Under the pieces are notes generated by a model. That model was not told the DNA's origin. It ran no database searches and worked only from the letters and a program-made list of their open reading frames with translations. The translations under genes were made by a program, and so were the position numbers. From an uncultured Aquiluna sp. (GTDB lineage: Bacteria; Actinomycetota; Actinomycetes; Actinomycetales; Microbacteriaceae), in assembly GCA_964480885.1 (NCBI GenBank), contig CAYZRV010000002.1:55020-119019 (forward strand): a DNA stretch of 64,000 bases, in the 5' to 3' direction. Below are positions 19,559 through 29,023 of this stretch, piece after piece; position 1 is the stretch's first letter, and every line of letters begins with the position of its first letter.

Positions 19559-20653
19559 ATGGCCTCTAACCCTCAAGATTTCTATGCGGTAATCCCCGCA
19601 GGTGGAATTGGTTCCAGACTTTGGCCCCTATCTCGGGCAGCAGCACCTAAGTTCCTGCATGACCTAACTGGTAGTGGTCAAACTTTGCTGCAAGACACCT
19701 GGGACAGACTTCTCCCCATTGCTGGCAACCAGATCATGGTGGTCACAGGCGATATCCACGCCGATGCTGTGACCGAGCAGCTTCCTAATCTTCAGGATGA
19801 TGCGGTGGTATTAGAGCCATCACCCAGGGACTCAACTGCTGCCATTGCCCTTGCCGCAGCCATCCTTGATAGGAGAAGGCCCGGTGTCATCATTGGATCC
19901 TTCGCTGCCGATCACGTCATCTTGAATCAGGCGAAGTTTGAAGAGGCCGTCCTGGAGGCGGTTGAGGTTGCCAGGACCGGGAAGATTGTCACCATTGGCA
20001 TCAGACCCTCGGAGCCCTCGGTGGCATTTGGATATATAAGGAAGGGTCAGCGCATAGCTGAGCGCGCATGCGAGGTTCTGGAGTTTGTTGAAAAACCAGA
20101 CATCGCCACCGCCAGAAAGTACGTTGACAGCAGTGAGTATTTCTGGAATGCCGGTATGTTCATTGCCCCAGCTGCATTAATCCTCGAGACTCTCGAAAAA
20201 ACCCAACCGACTCTTTATCAAGGGGTCGTTGAGATTGCTAAATCCTGGGACACCCCGGCCCGAAAGCAGATTATGGACAAGCTCTGGCCAACCTTGACCA
20301 AGATTGCCATTGACTACTCAGTTGCTGAGCCGGCAGCCAGATCCGGCAAGGTTGCGGTCGTGCCAGCGGAGTTTGAGTGGCATGACGTTGGTGACTTTGC
20401 GGCCATTGCCGAACTTCAGTCCCAGGGCAGAAGAGGTCATTTGGCAGTTTTGGGTTCAGCCAGAGTACTGTCGGATTCTTCGAGTGGAATCCTGGTCAGC
20501 GACACTGGGCGCCTGGTGGCCCTGATTGGTTTGGACGATGTCATAGTTGTCGACACCGCGGATGCCCTGCTGGTCACCTCCAAGGAGCATGCTCAAAAGG
20601 TTAAGTCTCTAGTTGAATCTTTAAGGCAGTCTGGCCACTCTGAACTTCTCTAG
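19559..20653 (+). CDS. Mannose-1-phosphate guanylyltransferase (GDP-mannose pyrophosphorylase)
   Basis: 364 aa with the nucleotidyltransferase motif VIPAGGIGSRLWPLSR. It resembles M. tuberculosis Rv3264c. Confidence 0.85.
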   Translation: MASNPQDFYAVIPAGGIGSRLWPLSRAAAPKFLHDLTGSGQTLLQDTWDRLLPIAGNQIMVVTGDIHADAVTEQLPNLQDDAVVLEPSPRDSTAAIALAAAILDRRRPGVIIGSFAADHVILNQAKFEEAVLEAVEVARTGKIVTIGIRPSEPSVAFGYIRKGQRIAERACEVLEFVEKPDIATARKYVDSSEYFWNAGMFIAPAALILETLEKTQPTLYQGVVEIAKSWDTPARKQIMDKLWPTLTKIAIDYSVAEPAARSGKVAVVPAEFEWHDVGDFAAIAELQSQGRRGHLAVLGSARVLSDSSSGILVSDTGRLVALIGLDDVIVVDTADALLVTSKEHAQKVKSLVESLRQSGHSELL

Positions 20654-20659
20654 AAGTAT

Positions 20660-20700
20660 CTCGGATTGATAAATCCGAGTTTCCCCGCAGTTTCCCCTTT
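20660..20700 (+). terminator. Candidate intrinsic terminator after the guanylyltransferase gene
   Basis: CTCGGATT (20660-20667) pairs with AATCCGAG (20672-20679) around a 4-nt loop, followed by a T-rich TTTCCCCGCAGTTTCCCCTTTGTTT. Confidence 0.4.
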
Positions 20701-20766
20701 GTTTGCAAGGTAGAGTGAGAGCAATCCGGCACCTAAGTGCCATCTAAATTCATTCAGGAGGAAACC

Positions 20767-21849
20767 TTGAAGCTAAAGAATGCATCAGCAGCATTCGCTC
20801 TATTGGGTGCTTCAGCTCTAGTTCTATCGGGTTGCGCCGCAGCCCCAGAGGCAGAGCCGACCGAGTCCGCTACAGAAGAGACCGCAGCTGAAACTATCGA
20901 TTACCTAGCCTGTGCAGTATCAGACGAGGGAAGCTGGAACGACAAGAGCTTCAACGAGTCTGTATACGACGGACTACTGCAGGCTCAGAGCCAGCTCGGT
21001 GTTCAGATTGCTGACGCAGAGTCAAACTCCGCAGAAGACTTCGCACCAAACCTACAGGCCATGGTTGACCAGGGCTGCGACATCACTTTCGCAGTTGGTT
21101 TCAACCTTGTAGCTGACGTAAACGCTGCAGCTGCCGCTAACCCAGAGGTTCAGTTTGTGACCATTGATGGTTGGTCAGAAGGCAACGCAAACCTAAAGCC
21201 AGTTGTTTACAACATGGCTGAGTCCAGCTACCTAGCTGGTTACCTAGCTGCTGCTTACTCCACAACCAAGGTCATTGGTACCTATGGTGGAGTTCAGATT
21301 CCAGCTGTGACCGACTTCATGGACGGCTACTACTTCGGTGCAATGGCATACGCCGCTGACACTGGAACTTCGGTCAAGGTTATTGGTTGGGACCCAGCTG
21401 CTCAGTCTGGTGACTTCATCGGTGACTTCACGCCAAACTCCGGAACCTCAAAGGCAATCGCAGCAGCTCAGGTTAACGCTGGTGCTGACGTGATCTTCCC
21501 AGTTGGTGGTGACCAGTTCGGTGCAGTTTCCGAGGCAATCAAGGAAGCTGGCGTAGCCGGTGTAATGATCGGTGTTGACAAGGACATTGCTCTCACCAGC
21601 CCTGAGTATGCAGACATGGTTCTGACCTCAGCTGAGAAGAGAATGACCAACGCTGTTTACGACATCGTTGCTGAGCTTTCAGCAGGTGGAGCATTCTCTG
21701 GTGACGCATACGTCGGCACCCTAGCTAATGGCGGAACTGGCCTAAGCCCTCTGTATGCATTCGAGGACAAGATCAGCGACGACGTAAAGGCTCGCCTAGC
21801 AGAGCTTGAGGTTGGAATCATCGCAGGTGAGATCAACCCAAAGGCCTAA
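20767..21849 (+). CDS. BMP-family ABC transporter substrate-binding lipoprotein (nucleoside uptake, PnrA-like)
   Basis: Lipobox LVLSGC. I prefer the TTG start at 20767, preceded by AGGAGG, over the ORF-track GTG at 20737. It is followed by an ATPase, two permeases and nucleoside catabolic genes. Confidence 0.9.
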   Translation: MKLKNASAAFALLGASALVLSGCAAAPEAEPTESATEETAAETIDYLACAVSDEGSWNDKSFNESVYDGLLQAQSQLGVQIADAESNSAEDFAPNLQAMVDQGCDITFAVGFNLVADVNAAAAANPEVQFVTIDGWSEGNANLKPVVYNMAESSYLAGYLAAAYSTTKVIGTYGGVQIPAVTDFMDGYYFGAMAYAADTGTSVKVIGWDPAAQSGDFIGDFTPNSGTSKAIAAAQVNAGADVIFPVGGDQFGAVSEAIKEAGVAGVMIGVDKDIALTSPEYADMVLTSAEKRMTNAVYDIVAELSAGGAFSGDAYVGTLANGGTGLSPLYAFEDKISDDVKARLAELEVGIIAGEINPKA

Positions 21850-21874
21850 TTTAGGCAAATAGCAATTAGGAAAA

Positions 21875-21908
21875 GGGTCGCGGATTTCCCCGCGGCCCTT
21901 TTCTTTTG
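21875..21908 (+). terminator. Intrinsic terminator/attenuator between the binding-protein gene and the ATPase gene
   Basis: GGGTCGCGG (21875-21883) pairs with CCGCGGCCC (21890-21898), a 9-bp GC-rich stem with one G-U. It is followed by TTTTCTTTTG and preceded by AAAA. Confidence 0.6.
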
Positions 21909-21941
21909 CGAAGATAGAGTGATTGCACGAAGGAGTGCCAG

Positions 21942-23447
21942 TTGAAACTTGAACTGCGCGGAATTACCAAGCGTTTCGGAACGCTGGTGGCAAATGATTC
22001 GATTGATCTGGTCGTTGAACCAGGACAGATACATGCGCTGCTGGGAGAAAATGGTGCTGGTAAATCAACACTGATGAATGTTCTCTACGGTCTCTATCAG
22101 GCTGATGCCGGTGAGGTATTGCTTGACGGTGTGACCCAGAAGTTTGCTGGCCCCGGTGATGCCATGGCTGCAGGCATTGGAATGGTTCACCAGCACTTCA
22201 TGCTGATTCCTGTTTTCACGGTTGCCGAGAATGTTGCACTGGGACATGAACCAACTAAGGCGCTAGGTGCACTCGACACCGAAAAAGCCAGACAGCTGGT
22301 GATTGAAATCTCTGAGAAGTTTGGTTTCAATGTTGATCCAGACGCCCTGGTCGAGGATCTTCCAGTGGGCGTTCAGCAGCGAGTTGAAATCATAAAGGCC
22401 CTTTCCAGAGATGCCAAAGTTTTGGTTCTTGACGAACCCACTGCCGTGCTTACCCCGCAGGAAACCGATGAGCTAATGGCGATTATGCGCCAACTCGCTC
22501 AGTCCGGAACCTCAATTGTCTTCATCACCCACAAGCTGCGTGAGGTGAAGGAAGTTGCCGACATCATCACCGTTATTCGTCTAGGCAAAGTCGTTGGTGA
22601 TGCTAAGCCGGATGCTTCCACTTCAGAACTCGCTTCGATGATGGTTGGTCGAGAGGTTGAGCTCTCGGTCACAAAAAACCCCCAGCAACTTGGCGATGTC
22701 GTTCTCAGTGTCGAGAACATTTCGGTCTTGGATGATCGTGGTCAGCGAGCTGTCGATGGGCTTTCGTTCGAGGTTAGAGCTGGCGAAATCCTTGCCTTCG
22801 CTGGAGTTCAGGGCAATGGTCAGACCGAACTAGCCGAGGCTCTGCTTGGACTTCGTTCGACACTCAGCGGCATGGGAAAGATCACGCTCAAGGGGCAGGA
22901 CGTTACCTCCTCATCCGTAAGGAAAAGACTTGACTCGGGAATTGCCTACATACCGGAGGATAGAAAAACCGATGGGTTGGTTTCAGAATTCACTATTGCT
23001 GAGAACCTGATGATTAATTCCTCTTACAGGTCAAAATTCACCAAGGGGCCAAACATTAATTTCTCCACCCGCAGGGAGGTCGCGAACCAGTTGGTCAAGG
23101 ACTTCGATGTTCGAACCCCCTCGGCTGAAACCCCAGCGGGCAAGCTTTCTGGAGGTAATCAGCAGAAGGTCGTGGTCGCCAGAGAGCTCTCCCGAGAAGT
23201 TGACCTTTTGGTTGCCTCACAGCCAACCCGTGGTGTGGATGTTGGATCCATTGAATTCATTCACGAGCGAATAGTTGCTGAAAGAGATTCAGGCAAGGCA
23301 GTAATCCTGATTTCGACCGAGTTGGATGAAGTTCTTTCACTCGCCGATCGAATAGCGGTCATGTATAGAGGAAAGATTGTTGGGATTGTTGATCCTAAAA
23401 CACCGAGGGAGCAGTTAGGAAAGATGATGGCTGGGGTTGTGGCATGA
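21942..23447 (+). CDS. ABC transporter ATP-binding protein, duplicated ATPase (sugar/nucleoside importer type)
   Basis: 501 aa with two ABC cassettes (GENGAGKST and the second signature LSGGNQQKVVVAREL). TTG start with AAGGAG upstream. Confidence 0.9.
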   Translation: MKLELRGITKRFGTLVANDSIDLVVEPGQIHALLGENGAGKSTLMNVLYGLYQADAGEVLLDGVTQKFAGPGDAMAAGIGMVHQHFMLIPVFTVAENVALGHEPTKALGALDTEKARQLVIEISEKFGFNVDPDALVEDLPVGVQQRVEIIKALSRDAKVLVLDEPTAVLTPQETDELMAIMRQLAQSGTSIVFITHKLREVKEVADIITVIRLGKVVGDAKPDASTSELASMMVGREVELSVTKNPQQLGDVVLSVENISVLDDRGQRAVDGLSFEVRAGEILAFAGVQGNGQTELAEALLGLRSTLSGMGKITLKGQDVTSSSVRKRLDSGIAYIPEDRKTDGLVSEFTIAENLMINSSYRSKFTKGPNINFSTRREVANQLVKDFDVRTPSAETPAGKLSGGNQQKVVVARELSREVDLLVASQPTRGVDVGSIEFIHERIVAERDSGKAVILISTELDEVLSLADRIAVMYRGKIVGIVDPKTPREQLGKMMAGVVA

Positions 23448-24664
23448 GCGAAGAAAACCGTTTCTCCCAGGCCCTGAAGGAAATTCTCTCGGGCAGCTTC
23501 ACCAGGACAGTTCTCGCAATCATCCTTGGTTTCCTTATTGGCGCACTCTTCATGGTCGCATCGAATCGCGAATTCATTGAATCGCTCGGATATCTTTTTG
23601 CAAGGCCAGGCGATGCACTAGCAGCTGCTTGGAATGTAGTCGCCGAGGGCTACGGAGCATTGATTCGTGGAGCGATTTTCAATGCCGAAGCTGACACATT
23701 TGAAAAGGCAATTCGACCTCTTACGGAAACACTCAGACTTGGAGCTCCACTCATCCTTGCGGGGCTTGGGTTGGGACTTACCTTCCGAGTGGGCATGTTC
23801 AACATTGGTGGAACAGGACAGATCATCACTGGAATGATCTTCGCAACGTTTGTTGCAACCAGGCTTGAGCTTCCATTGGTTATTCACGCAATTGTCGCGG
23901 CAATCGCAGCAATTATTGGTTCAACGCTACTGGGAGCATTTGTCGGCTTCCTCAGAGCTAGAACAGGTGCGCATGAGGTGATTCTCACCATCATGTTCAA
24001 CTACATCATGCTTTACTTCTTTACTTTCTTGCTGCGCGATCCGTTACTACTTGGCGAGGAAAGAGCGACAGGAAATCCGAAGGCTGATCCTGCAGCCGAG
24101 ACGGCATTGCTACCAAAGATATTGGGCGATGCCTATTCGCTTCACTGGGGAGTGATTCTGGCGTTAGTTGCAGTGATTGTTTACTGGTGGTTGATGGAGA
24201 GATCCACAACAGGATTCAGACTCAGAATGGTCGGTTATAACCCTGATGCAGCTAGAACGGCAGGCATCAGTGTTGAGCGAACCTACATCCTTGCCATGGG
24301 ATTGTCGGCTGCCTTTGTTGGTGTGGCAGCCGCCAACCAATCGCTGGGAACAGCGATTGGTGTCACACCCTCAGCTCACGCAAACATCGGGTTTGATGCC
24401 ATTACCGTGGCACTTCTGGGTGGATCAAATGCGCCAGGAATTTTGCTAGCAGGGCTTTTATTCGGTGCATTCAAGGCTGGCTCGCCATCGATGCAGGTGC
24501 TCGGTGTTTCACCCGAGGTGTTGGGCATAGTTCAAGGAGCAATCGTGCTCTTCATTGCTGCCCCGCCGCTTATTCGAGCAATCTTTAGGCTCCCAAAGCC
24601 GCAGACAACCAATGTTCTCGGGGCAATGAGAGATCGACTGTTTAGAAGGGGAGGACGGAAGTGA
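23444..24664 (+). CDS. ABC transporter permease (BMP/nucleoside importer)
   Basis: 406-aa polytopic membrane protein with a 4-nt overlap with the ATPase gene. Confidence 0.85.
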   Translation: MSEENRFSQALKEILSGSFTRTVLAIILGFLIGALFMVASNREFIESLGYLFARPGDALAAAWNVVAEGYGALIRGAIFNAEADTFEKAIRPLTETLRLGAPLILAGLGLGLTFRVGMFNIGGTGQIITGMIFATFVATRLELPLVIHAIVAAIAAIIGSTLLGAFVGFLRARTGAHEVILTIMFNYIMLYFFTFLLRDPLLLGEERATGNPKADPAAETALLPKILGDAYSLHWGVILALVAVIVYWWLMERSTTGFRLRMVGYNPDAARTAGISVERTYILAMGLSAAFVGVAAANQSLGTAIGVTPSAHANIGFDAITVALLGGSNAPGILLAGLLFGAFKAGSPSMQVLGVSPEVLGIVQGAIVLFIAAPPLIRAIFRLPKPQTTNVLGAMRDRLFRRGGRK

Positions 24665-25917
24665 CTATCACGCAGATAGCAAAAGAAGAGCGGGTTGGCT
24701 TCAAGTCACCTGCGGTCATGGGATCAATCGCACTGGTTGTGTTGATGTTTTTCGGCGTGCTGGGTCGCGAAGGAGAAGTTGCTTTTGAGATTTCTCGAAG
24801 AACCGATGTCATTCAGCTTCCTTCTATTCCTGCCGACTCTTCAACCCTGGGATTGATTTCTGGAATATTGATGCTGCTTATCGCAGCCATTTCACTCTCT
24901 TTTTCTTTGAAGAACAAGAAGACCCCGCTATGGCTGACAGCCATTTACGGATTAATCGGTGTTGTGGCTCTACTGGGATGGCTAGCAGCCGATAACACAG
25001 TTCCGGTCGCTTTCATAGCTGGAACAGCTCTTGTTCTGGCAGTTCCAATCATGCTCGGAGCCATGGGCGGAATTATGTGTGAACGGGTTGGAGTTACCAA
25101 CATTGCTATTGAAGCCCAGCTTCTGACTGGAGCTTTTATGGCAGCAGTCGTATCTTCAATCACGGACAACTTTTTCTTTGGACTATTCTCGGCGATGATT
25201 GGCGCGGCTTTAGTTTCAATGGTCCTTGCGGTCTTTGCTATCAAGTATCTAGCCCAGCAGATCATTGTTGGTGTGGTTCTAAATGTTCTGATGATTGGAA
25301 TCACCAACTTCCTCTATCAGCAGTGGCTGACAGAGGACGGCGAGAATGTCAACTTCCCAGGAACTTTGGAAGTTATCAAGATTCCATTTTTGAGTGACAT
25401 TCCGATCATCGGCCCGGTGCTATTTGAAAACAGATTGACCGTATTTGCTGCCCTGATAATCGTGCCGACCCTTTACTTTGTACTTTTTAAAACCAAGTTG
25501 GGACTGAGAGCAAGAGCAGTGGGGGAGCATCCACTGGCTGCCGACACCGTTGGAATCAACGTCGGTAGAACCAGATTCTGGTGGGTAACGATTGGAGGAA
25601 TGTCTGCTGGCTTGGGAGGAGCGGCACTGACAATTGGAAATGCTGGAGCCTTCGGCAGGGAAATGGCCGGTGGCTTTGGATTCATCGCGCTAGCAGTGGT
25701 TATTTTGGGACGCTGGCACCCAATCTCAGCAGCATTGGCTGCCTTGCTGTTTGGTTTTTCAATCATTCTTCGCGTTTGGGCCAATCAGGTTAGCCCTGGA
25801 ATTCCGACGGACTTCATCACAATGGTTCCCTACATCGTCACCATCATTGCCGTTGTTGGTTTCGTTGGGCAATCTAGGCCACCAAAGGCCTTGGCAATTC
25901 CTTACACGAAGGGTTAG
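24661..25917 (+). CDS. ABC transporter permease (BMP/nucleoside importer), second subunit
   Basis: 418-aa polytopic membrane protein with a 4-nt overlap with the upstream permease. Confidence 0.85.
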   Translation: MTITQIAKEERVGFKSPAVMGSIALVVLMFFGVLGREGEVAFEISRRTDVIQLPSIPADSSTLGLISGILMLLIAAISLSFSLKNKKTPLWLTAIYGLIGVVALLGWLAADNTVPVAFIAGTALVLAVPIMLGAMGGIMCERVGVTNIAIEAQLLTGAFMAAVVSSITDNFFFGLFSAMIGAALVSMVLAVFAIKYLAQQIIVGVVLNVLMIGITNFLYQQWLTEDGENVNFPGTLEVIKIPFLSDIPIIGPVLFENRLTVFAALIIVPTLYFVLFKTKLGLRARAVGEHPLAADTVGINVGRTRFWWVTIGGMSAGLGGAALTIGNAGAFGREMAGGFGFIALAVVILGRWHPISAALAALLFGFSIILRVWANQVSPGIPTDFITMVPYIVTIIAVVGFVGQSRPPKALAIPYTKG

Positions 25918-25919
25918 GC

Positions 25920-26309
25920 ATGGAAATCGACTGGAAGCAGCTGACAGCCGTCGCAACTTCAGCGATGCACAAGGCATATGCACCGTATTCCAATTTTCCG
26001 GTTGGGGTTGCTGCTCTGACAGAGGACGGCAGGGTGATCTCTGGATGCAATGTTGAAAATGCTTCATATGGGCTGGGTCTTTGTGCTGAGTGCTCTCTGG
26101 TGAGCGAACTCTTTCGAACAGGCGGGGGAAAGCTGGTGGCATTTGCCTGTGTCGATGGCAATGGAGAAGCGCTGATGCCTTGCGGCAGATGTCGACAGCT
26201 GCTTTACGAACACGCTGCCGATGGCATGCTGCTTCAGACGGTAAGCGGAATTAAGACAATCGATGAAGTCTTGCCTGATGCATTCGGACCTAAGGATTTG
26301 AATAAATGA
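25920..26309 (+). CDS. cdd: Cytidine deaminase
   Basis: 129 aa with the zinc motif CAECS...PCGRCRQ. Confidence 0.9.
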   Translation: MEIDWKQLTAVATSAMHKAYAPYSNFPVGVAALTEDGRVISGCNVENASYGLGLCAECSLVSELFRTGGGKLVAFACVDGNGEALMPCGRCRQLLYEHAADGMLLQTVSGIKTIDEVLPDAFGPKDLNK

Positions 26310-27583
26310 GTTTTTCAGCTGTAGAGCTGATCATTAAGAAGCGTGAGAAGCATGAGCTCTCCACGGATGAAATCAACTGGCTGATTGCCTCCTACACCTC
26401 AGGGATAGTGGCAGATGAGCAAATGTCTGCCATGGCGATGGCTATTTTGCTCAACGGCATGAGCAGAAGAGAAATCCTTGATCTGACTATGGCAATGATT
26501 GCTTCTGGAGAGAGACTGGACTTTTCCGCATTAGGGAAGATGACTGCGGACAAGCATTCGACTGGTGGTGTGGGGGACAAAATAACCCTCCCCCTTGCTC
26601 CACTGGTTGCCTCCTATGGAATTGCTGTTCCTCAGCTCAGTGGAAGAGGGCTTGGTCATACCGGGGGCACCCTAGACAAGCTGGAGGCCATCCCTGGATG
26701 GCGGGCATCCCTTTCTAATGCCGAGTTGCATGAGCAACTGACTCGAGTCGGGGCGGTGGTTTGTGCGGCGGGTAGTGGACTGGCTCCCGCAGATAGAAAA
26801 CTCTATGCGCTCAGGGATGTCACGGGAACCGTTGAAGCCATTCCACTCATCGCATCCTCGATTATGAGCAAAAAGATTGCCGAGGGAACATCGGCATTGG
26901 TTCTGGATGTCAAAGTTGGCAGCGGAGCATTCATGAAGACTTTTGAAAGGGCCAATGAGTTGGCGCAAGTACTGGTGCAGATTGGCAAGGACGCCGGGGT
27001 GAAGACATCAGCCTTACTAACTGACATGTCTACGCCACTTGGGAAAAAGATTGGGAATGCCCTTGAGGTGGAAGAGTCCATAGAGGTTTTAGCCGGTGGG
27101 GGACCATCCGATGTGGTTGAGATCACGGTGAAGCTTGCTTCCGAAATGCTCTCTCACTGCGGAATCAGTGGTGTTGACCCAGTGGAAAATCTTAGAAACG
27201 GCAAGGCCATGGACAAGTGGCGAGAGATGATTTCTGCACAGGGCGGAGATCCGGATGCCAAGTTACAGAAGGCAAAGAATTCACATCAGGTCATTGCGGA
27301 AGAAAGTGGATTTGTCAGCAAGATTGACGCGCTATCCGTAGGTGTCGCCTCTTGGAGATTGGGTGCGGGACGCGAAAGAAAAGAAGATGCTGTGCAGTTT
27401 GGTGCTGGTGTTGAACTGCATGTCCAACAGGGAGAAGAGATTCAGAAGGGTCAGCCACTGCTAACTCTTTTCACTGAAACTCCTGAGAGGTTTGACAGAG
27501 CACTGGAAGCTCTACAGGGTGCCGTGGAGTACTCTGAGAATGCGCCAGAACCAAGACAAATTATTCTTGGAAAAGTAAGTTAG
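26306..27583 (+). CDS. deoA: Thymidine/pyrimidine-nucleoside phosphorylase
   Basis: 425 aa with DKHSTGGVGDK and SGRGLGHTGGTLDKLE motifs. Confidence 0.9.
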   Translation: MSFSAVELIIKKREKHELSTDEINWLIASYTSGIVADEQMSAMAMAILLNGMSRREILDLTMAMIASGERLDFSALGKMTADKHSTGGVGDKITLPLAPLVASYGIAVPQLSGRGLGHTGGTLDKLEAIPGWRASLSNAELHEQLTRVGAVVCAAGSGLAPADRKLYALRDVTGTVEAIPLIASSIMSKKIAEGTSALVLDVKVGSGAFMKTFERANELAQVLVQIGKDAGVKTSALLTDMSTPLGKKIGNALEVEESIEVLAGGGPSDVVEITVKLASEMLSHCGISGVDPVENLRNGKAMDKWREMISAQGGDPDAKLQKAKNSHQVIAEESGFVSKIDALSVGVASWRLGAGRERKEDAVQFGAGVELHVQQGEEIQKGQPLLTLFTETPERFDRALEALQGAVEYSENAPEPRQIILGKVS

Positions 27584-27590
27584 GAAACAA

Positions 27591-28676
27591 TTGGATATTC
27601 AGTCTCTCCCCAAAATATCTCTGCATGATCACCTTGATGGTGGTCTAAGACCTCAGACAATTGTTGAGTTGTCCAGTGAGATAGGACACAAGCTTCCAAG
27701 GGAAAATGCACTCGAGCTTGCAGCGTGGTTCTCAGAGGTCTGTAATTCGGGTTCGCTAGTCAAATATCTTGAAGCCTTTGATCACACAGTTGCTGTTATG
27801 CAAACCTATGAGGGACTGGAGCGAGTCGCATACGAAGCGGTTATCGATCTTGCTAATGATGGTGTGATTTATGCCGAACTGCGGTGGGCACCCGAGCAGC
27901 ACTTAGCCAGGGGTCTCACCCTGGACCAGACAGTCGAAGCTGTTCAGGATGGTCTGGAGAGGGGAGTGGAAGAGGTTGCCTCAAAGGGTGGCTTTATCCG
28001 AACCGGACAGCTGGTTACGGCTATGCGTCATGCCGATCGCGGACTGGAAATTGCTGAGTTAGCAGTCCGCCACAGAAACAACGGGGTGGTTGGATTTGAC
28101 ATTGCTGGTGCTGAAAAGGGTTTTCTACCCTCCAGGCACAAGGTAGCGTTTGACTATCTTGCTTCTGAACTATTCCCAGTTACTGTTCACGCTGGTGAGG
28201 CAGACGGAATTGAGTCAATTAAGGATGCGATTGTCTCTGGGCGGGCTTTGCGACTGGGTCACGGGGTTAGGTTGATTGAGGACATTATGTTTTCAAGAAC
28301 CGAGGGGGATACTGACCTAGTGGTTTTAGGTCCAGTTGCTCAATGGGTGCACGATAGAGAAATCGCTCTGGAAACCTCTCCTTCGTCAAACTTGCAGACG
28401 GGTGCATTTGCAATGATGGGTGACTCTATGGCCGATCACCCAATTGACATTCTTTACGATCTGGGTTTCAAGGTCACCGTCAATACCGATAACAGGTTGA
28501 TGAGCGGGACATCGCTAACCAAGGAACTAGAGATTCTCACGGAGACATTTGGCTACACGCTTGCTGACTTGGAGCAGTTCCAGCTGAATGCAGCATCAAG
28601 CGCTTTCCAGGGCCTTCCCGAGAGGGAAGAGTTGATGGACATGATTGAAATCGGATTCGCCAGAGCGCAGCAGTAG
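27591..28676 (+). CDS. add: Adenosine deaminase
   Basis: 361 aa with LHDHLDG, HAGE and TVNTDN metal and catalytic motifs. TTG start. Confidence 0.9.
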   Translation: MDIQSLPKISLHDHLDGGLRPQTIVELSSEIGHKLPRENALELAAWFSEVCNSGSLVKYLEAFDHTVAVMQTYEGLERVAYEAVIDLANDGVIYAELRWAPEQHLARGLTLDQTVEAVQDGLERGVEEVASKGGFIRTGQLVTAMRHADRGLEIAELAVRHRNNGVVGFDIAGAEKGFLPSRHKVAFDYLASELFPVTVHAGEADGIESIKDAIVSGRALRLGHGVRLIEDIMFSRTEGDTDLVVLGPVAQWVHDREIALETSPSSNLQTGAFAMMGDSMADHPIDILYDLGFKVTVNTDNRLMSGTSLTKELEILTETFGYTLADLEQFQLNAASSAFQGLPEREELMDMIEIGFARAQQ

Positions 28677-28729
28677 TCTGCAAACTCTCTCTGAACACTT
28701 AGTGTTTATGGAGTTTGGTAATCGAATGA

Positions 28730-29014
28730 ATGTTTTACTTAGGCGTGCGTATATATTGCGTCTGCGGTCAGGGTCTCGGTAGCAGCACCATTCTGGCAAA
28801 AAATGTTCAGCAAGTTCTTCTAGAACTTGGGCTAGATGCAGAGGTTAGAGCCGTAGCTGAATCTGAAATTTCTCTAGAACCAGCAGCACAACTAATCCTT
28901 GCTACAGCGGATGCGGCAAAAGATCTCATTGTTGGCAATAGTCAGCTAGTGGTTATCAAGGGCATCGGTGATATGGCTGAGATTCGAGAAGCGCTTTCCT
29001 CTGCCCTCGGCTAG
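28730..29014 (+). CDS. Stand-alone PTS EIIB-like domain protein (ascorbate/lactose-family IIB fold)
   Basis: 94 aa. RIYCVCGQGLGSSTILA resembles the UlaB/SgaB phospho-cysteine loop (CGxGxGSS). The start could instead be GTG at 28745. Confidence 0.6.
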   Translation: MFYLGVRIYCVCGQGLGSSTILAKNVQQVLLELGLDAEVRAVAESEISLEPAAQLILATADAAKDLIVGNSQLVVIKGIGDMAEIREALSSALG

Positions 29015-29023
29015 CATCTTGGG

